From Candidatus Thorarchaeota archaeon (GTDB lineage: Archaea; Asgardarchaeota; Thorarchaeia; Thorarchaeales; Thorarchaeaceae), in NCBI GenBank assembly GCA_029855935.1, contig JAGSHN010000013.1, positions 1 through 30,326 on the forward strand: a DNA stretch of 30,326 nucleotides, given 5' to 3'. The notes under the pieces are model-generated. The model was given only the letters and a program-made list of their open reading frames with translations. It was not told the DNA's origin and ran no database searches. The position numbers and the translations under genes were made by a program. Positions 27,244 to 30,326 of this stretch are shown one piece after another (the first letter of the stretch is position 1; each line of letters begins with the position of its first letter).

Positions 27244-27414
27244 ATGAGTACCAAGAGAGAACAGAGCAAGAAGACAAAGAAAATCGGCAAGGGAAGCCGC
27301 ACCTGCATCAGATGCGGTACACATCGTGCGATCATTCGCTCCTACGGCCTGAACATGTGCCGTCGGTGTTTCAGGGAAACGGCGGAGAAGTTGGGATTCC
27401 GTAAGTACAGGTAG
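27244..27414 (+). CDS. rps14: 30S ribosomal protein uS14 (Zn type; 56 aa, below the ORF track cut-off)
   Basis: [48 protein letters not shown] upstream. Confidence 0.95.
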   Translation: MSTKREQSKKTKKIGKGSRTCIRCGTHRAIIRSYGLNMCRRCFRETAEKLGFRKYR

Positions 27415-27430
27415 GGAGGTTGATGATGAG

Positions 27431-27823
27431 ATGACACTACTAGACCCACTTGCTGACGCGCTGTCGAGCATCTACAACAGCGAGATCATCGGCAAGTCCG
27501 AGGTTGTCGTTGCTCCCGCCTCCAGCCTGATTGAGCGCGTTCTGCGTGTCATGCAGGCGAAGGGCTACATTGGTGAGTTTGAGCGGATAGATGACGGAAA
27601 GGCAGGTCGCTTCAGGATACAGCTGATGGGCCGTACAAACAAGTGTGGCGTAATCAAGCCGCGGTACCCCGTCAAACGCGATGGATTCGAGAAGTTCGAG
27701 AAGCGATACCTTCCTGCCTACAACTACGGTATCCTGATTGTCACAACACCAGAGGGTGTGATGACGCACGAGGAGGCAAAGAAGCGAGGTATTGGCGGCA
27801 GACTGCTGGCCTATGTGTATTGA
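27431..27823 (+). CDS. rps8: 30S ribosomal protein uS8
   Basis: [32 protein letters not shown]. Confidence 0.96.
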   Translation: MTLLDPLADALSSIYNSEIIGKSEVVVAPASSLIERVLRVMQAKGYIGEFERIDDGKAGRFRIQLMGRTNKCGVIKPRYPVKRDGFEKFEKRYLPAYNYGILIVTTPEGVMTHEEAKKRGIGGRLLAYVY

Positions 27824-27837
27824 GGAGGTCCTGATAG

Positions 27838-28401
27838 ATGCCCAGCGAAGTATTGTACGAGAAGCGCATCGAGATTCCCGAGGACTGCCAGGTGGAGATT
27901 GACGGTAAGACGGTCCGCGTGACTGGCCCCAGGGGCACCCTCGAACGGACCTTTCCCGAGCCTCAGACGCGGATTAGAATCGAGGGTAACGAGCTGGTTG
28001 CCTCCACCAATATCTCTAGAAAACGCACCCGGGCGTTGGTGGGGACAATCATTGCTCACGTCCGCAACATGTTCATCGGTGTTCGACATGGGTACACATA
28101 CGAGATGAAGGTGGTCTATTCGCACTTTCCGATAACCGTCGAGGTTCAGGGCAGAGAGGTGATCATCAAGAACTTCATCGGAGAGCGTGGTGTCCGAAGA
28201 GCGCGTATAATTGGCGATGTGGACATCAAGATTCACGAGGATGAGGTCATTATCAGTGGCATCGATATCGAGCATGTTTCGCAGACAGCCGCGAACATTC
28301 AGCTGGCTTGCAAGATTCGTGACAAGGATCGCCGGGTCTTCTTGGATGGTATCTATGTCATCAGGAAGCGCAAGGGTGAGCACGTGAAGTCTGTGGTGTA
28401 A
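27838..28401 (+). CDS. rpl6: 50S ribosomal protein uL6
   Basis: GPRGTL, VYSHFPI, NFIGER, DRRVFLDGIY. Confidence 0.96.
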   Translation: MPSEVLYEKRIEIPEDCQVEIDGKTVRVTGPRGTLERTFPEPQTRIRIEGNELVASTNISRKRTRALVGTIIAHVRNMFIGVRHGYTYEMKVVYSHFPITVEVQGREVIIKNFIGERGVRRARIIGDVDIKIHEDEVIISGIDIEHVSQTAANIQLACKIRDKDRRVFLDGIYVIRKRKGEHVKSVV

Positions 28402-28414
28402 GGAGGATCATCTG

Positions 28415-29347
28415 ATGTCGGAGAAGCCCAAGACACGGAAGAAGAAGGCGGAGCCGAAGGAAGAGAAGCCGAAGGCTGCAAAGAAGACGACCACAAGGAA
28501 GAAGGCGGAGCCGAAGGAAGAGAAGCCGAAGGCTGCAAAGAAGACGACCACAAGGAAGAAGGCCGAGCCCAAGGAAGAGAAGCCGAAGGCTACAAAGAAG
28601 ACGACCACCAAGAAGAAGGCGGAGCCGAAGGAAGAGAAGCCGAAGGCTACAAAGAAGACGACCACCAAGAAGAAGGCCGAGCCCAAGGAAGAGAAGCCGA
28701 AGACTGCAAAGAAGACGACCACAAGGAAGAAGGCCGAGCCCAAGGAAGAGAAGCCGAAGGCTGCAAAGAAGACGACCACAAGGAAGAAGGCCGAGCCCAA
28801 GGAAGAGAAGCCCAAAACAGCCCCTCGCAGGAAGCGCAAGACTACGAAGAAGATAGTGCCGACAAAGCCCAAAGAGGAGCGGCCTGCCACGCGTGATCTC
28901 ATGGTCCGGTCGCGTCTATTTAGGCTCAGACAGATGATGCGAAGACGTCAGCCCGCCTTCAGGCATGAGCAGGCACATCGCTGGGTCAGAGTGAAGGACT
29001 CGTGGCGGAAGGTTCGAGGCATTGATAGCGCCACGCGTGAGAAGCGTAAGGGTCGTCCGAGAATGGTGGAGATAGGGTATCGCAAACCACGCCTGGTTCG
29101 GGGGGTCCATCCGTCCGGGTATGTCGAGGTGCTTGTGTATCGCCCTGCGGATCTCGATTCATTGGACCCCGAGGTCCATGCAGCGCGGATTGCGTCTACA
29201 GTCGGCGCTCTGAAGCGACAGGAGATCATCAAAAAGGCCGAGTCTATGATGATCAGAGTACTCAATGCCGGAGCCCCAGAGGCCCTTGAGGAGGAAGACC
29301 TCTTCACGGAGCTTGAGGGCATTGGAATGGAGGCTGGAGGCAGATGA
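28415..29347 (+). CDS. rpl32e: 50S ribosomal protein eL32 with N-terminal Lys-rich tandem repeats
   Basis: C-terminal eL32 core (PAFRHE, WRKVRGIDS, GYRKP, RGVHPSGY, IRVLN); lies between uL6 and eL19. Confidence 0.93.
   Translation: MSEKPKTRKKKAEPKEEKPKAAKKTTTRKKAEPKEEKPKAAKKTTTRKKAEPKEEKPKATKKTTTKKKAEPKEEKPKATKKTTTKKKAEPKEEKPKTAKKTTTRKKAEPKEEKPKAAKKTTTRKKAEPKEEKPKTAPRRKRKTTKKIVPTKPKEERPATRDLMVRSRLFRLRQMMRRRQPAFRHEQAHRWVRVKDSWRKVRGIDSATREKRKGRPRMVEIGYRKPRLVRGVHPSGYVEVLVYRPADLDSLDPEVHAARIASTVGALKRQEIIKKAESMMIRVLNAGAPEALEEEDLFTELEGIGMEAGGR
28442..28816 (+). repeat. 57-bp coding tandem repeat, 6 full copies plus a partial seventh
   Basis: Unit KKAEPKEEKPK(A/T)(A/T)KKTTT(R/K), 19 aa. GCGGAGCCGAAGG recurs at 28448 and 28505. 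Confidence 0.95.
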
Positions 29348-29796
29348 AACTCAATATGCAAAAACGCCTAGCATCCGAAGTGATGAAGGTCGGCAGAAGC
29401 CGAGTGTGGATTGACCCTGAGTTCATCGATGAGGTCTCCCTCGCAATAACGAAGGAGGATATTCGCCGACTCGTGGACGAGGGTGCCATCCAGAGAAAGC
29501 AGAAGAAGGGAGTGAGCAGAGGTCGGGCCCGCTACGTCATGCGTCAGAAGCGCAAGGGACAGAGGAAGGGTCCGGGCCGAAGAAAGGGCAAGACCACGGC
29601 CCGCCTGTCGGGCAAGGAGCGTTGGATGCGGCGTATTCGTCCGATGAGAAAGGAGCTGAAGCGACTACGCGACGAGGGCCGAATCACACGTGCCACATAC
29701 AGAATGCTCTACCTGAAGGCGAAGGGCAACGCCTTCCGCAATACTGCTCACCTGAGGACGTACATCGCCGAACACCGGCTGGAGGTGTCCAAGTAG
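29344..29796 (+). CDS. rpl19e: 50S ribosomal protein eL19
   Basis: QKRLA, RVWIDP, SRGRAR, GPGRRKG, LYLKAKG. Confidence 0.96.
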   Translation: MKLNMQKRLASEVMKVGRSRVWIDPEFIDEVSLAITKEDIRRLVDEGAIQRKQKKGVSRGRARYVMRQKRKGQRKGPGRRKGKTTARLSGKERWMRRIRPMRKELKRLRDEGRITRATYRMLYLKAKGNAFRNTAHLRTYIAEHRLEVSK

Positions 29797-30326
29797 ATGG
29801 CATACGGACCAACATACCGGGTCAAGTTTCGAAGGCGCCGCGAGGGACGTACTGACTACTACCGTCGTCGGCGTCTGCTGCTCTCTCGTCAGCCTCGTCT
29901 GGTGGTCAGGAAGACGAACACACGGATAATCGTCCAGGTCGTGACGGCTCACGTGATTGGCGACATGACAGTGGCCTCCGCAGTGTCATCAGAACTTGCC
30001 AACTACGGCTGGGAGGCTGGCACAGCCAACCTACCAGCGGCCTACCTGACTGGTCTTCTTGCAGGCCTCAGAGCGAAGGCACGTGGCATAGACCGTGCCA
30101 TCCTAGACATTGGTCTGAACCCTCCCATCAGAGGCTCCAAGATATACGCGGCTCTGAAGGGCGCTCTTGACGCGCAACTGGAGGTACCTCACAGTCCGGA
30201 GGTTCTCCCACCTGACGAGCGGATTCGTGGGGAGCACATAGTCGAGGCCTTCAAGTACGTCAGCGACAATCCTGGTCACGGCTTCCAGTTTTCCCTCTTG
30301 GGCAAGAGGAAGACAAGACTCACGTC
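29797..30326 (+). CDS. rpl18: 50S ribosomal protein uL18 (partial, runs off the window)
   Basis: [46 protein letters not shown]. No stop before the window end. Confidence 0.95.
   Translation, partial: MAYGPTYRVKFRRRREGRTDYYRRRRLLLSRQPRLVVRKTNTRIIVQVVTAHVIGDMTVASAVSSELANYGWEAGTANLPAAYLTGLLAGLRAKARGIDRAILDIGLNPPIRGSKIYAALKGALDAQLEVPHSPEVLPPDERIRGEHIVEAFKYVSDNPGHGFQFSLLGKRKTRLT

Noticed and set aside
28442-28816. Repeat array as CRISPR
   Set aside because: Contiguous in-frame units with no unique spacers and no cas genes.
28408-28902. Hydrophobic repeat ORF on the - strand that looks like a membrane protein
   Set aside because: It is the reverse complement of the Lys/Glu codons of the eL32 repeat.

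Overview
Archaeal chromosomal window, most likely Asgard (Thorarchaeota-like). This is inferred from a two-domain gelsolin, a roadblock/LC7 protein and a Get3-type ATPase alongside TFB, RpoP, GGGP synthase and archaeal ribosomal proteins. The left ~22 kb is mixed housekeeping and accessory genes: Taw2-like transferase, orphan beta-class DNA MTase coupled to a degenerate MCM-like protein, gelsolin, an M20 peptidase-LLM-Ham1-Get3 run, rpoP, radical SAM, aIF1/SUI1, TFB, Map, roadblock, GGGPS, HdrA, MobA, HypD, DUF211, ferredoxin and hypothetical wHTH or cyclin-fold proteins. The right ~7.5 kb is the r-protein cluster uL22 to uL18 (truncated at the window edge). Best leads: (1) an apparently catalytically dead MCM paralogue fused in an operon with a DNA methyltransferase; (2) an unannotated 32-aa tail-anchored-type membrane microprotein directly behind Get3; (3) aIF1/SUI1 apparently starting at CTG, suggesting autoregulation; (4) a ~200-nt highly structured RNA in front of the uL22 operon. 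No tRNA, rRNA, CRISPR array or transposase was recognised. All assignments come from motif reading by eye; no searches were run.
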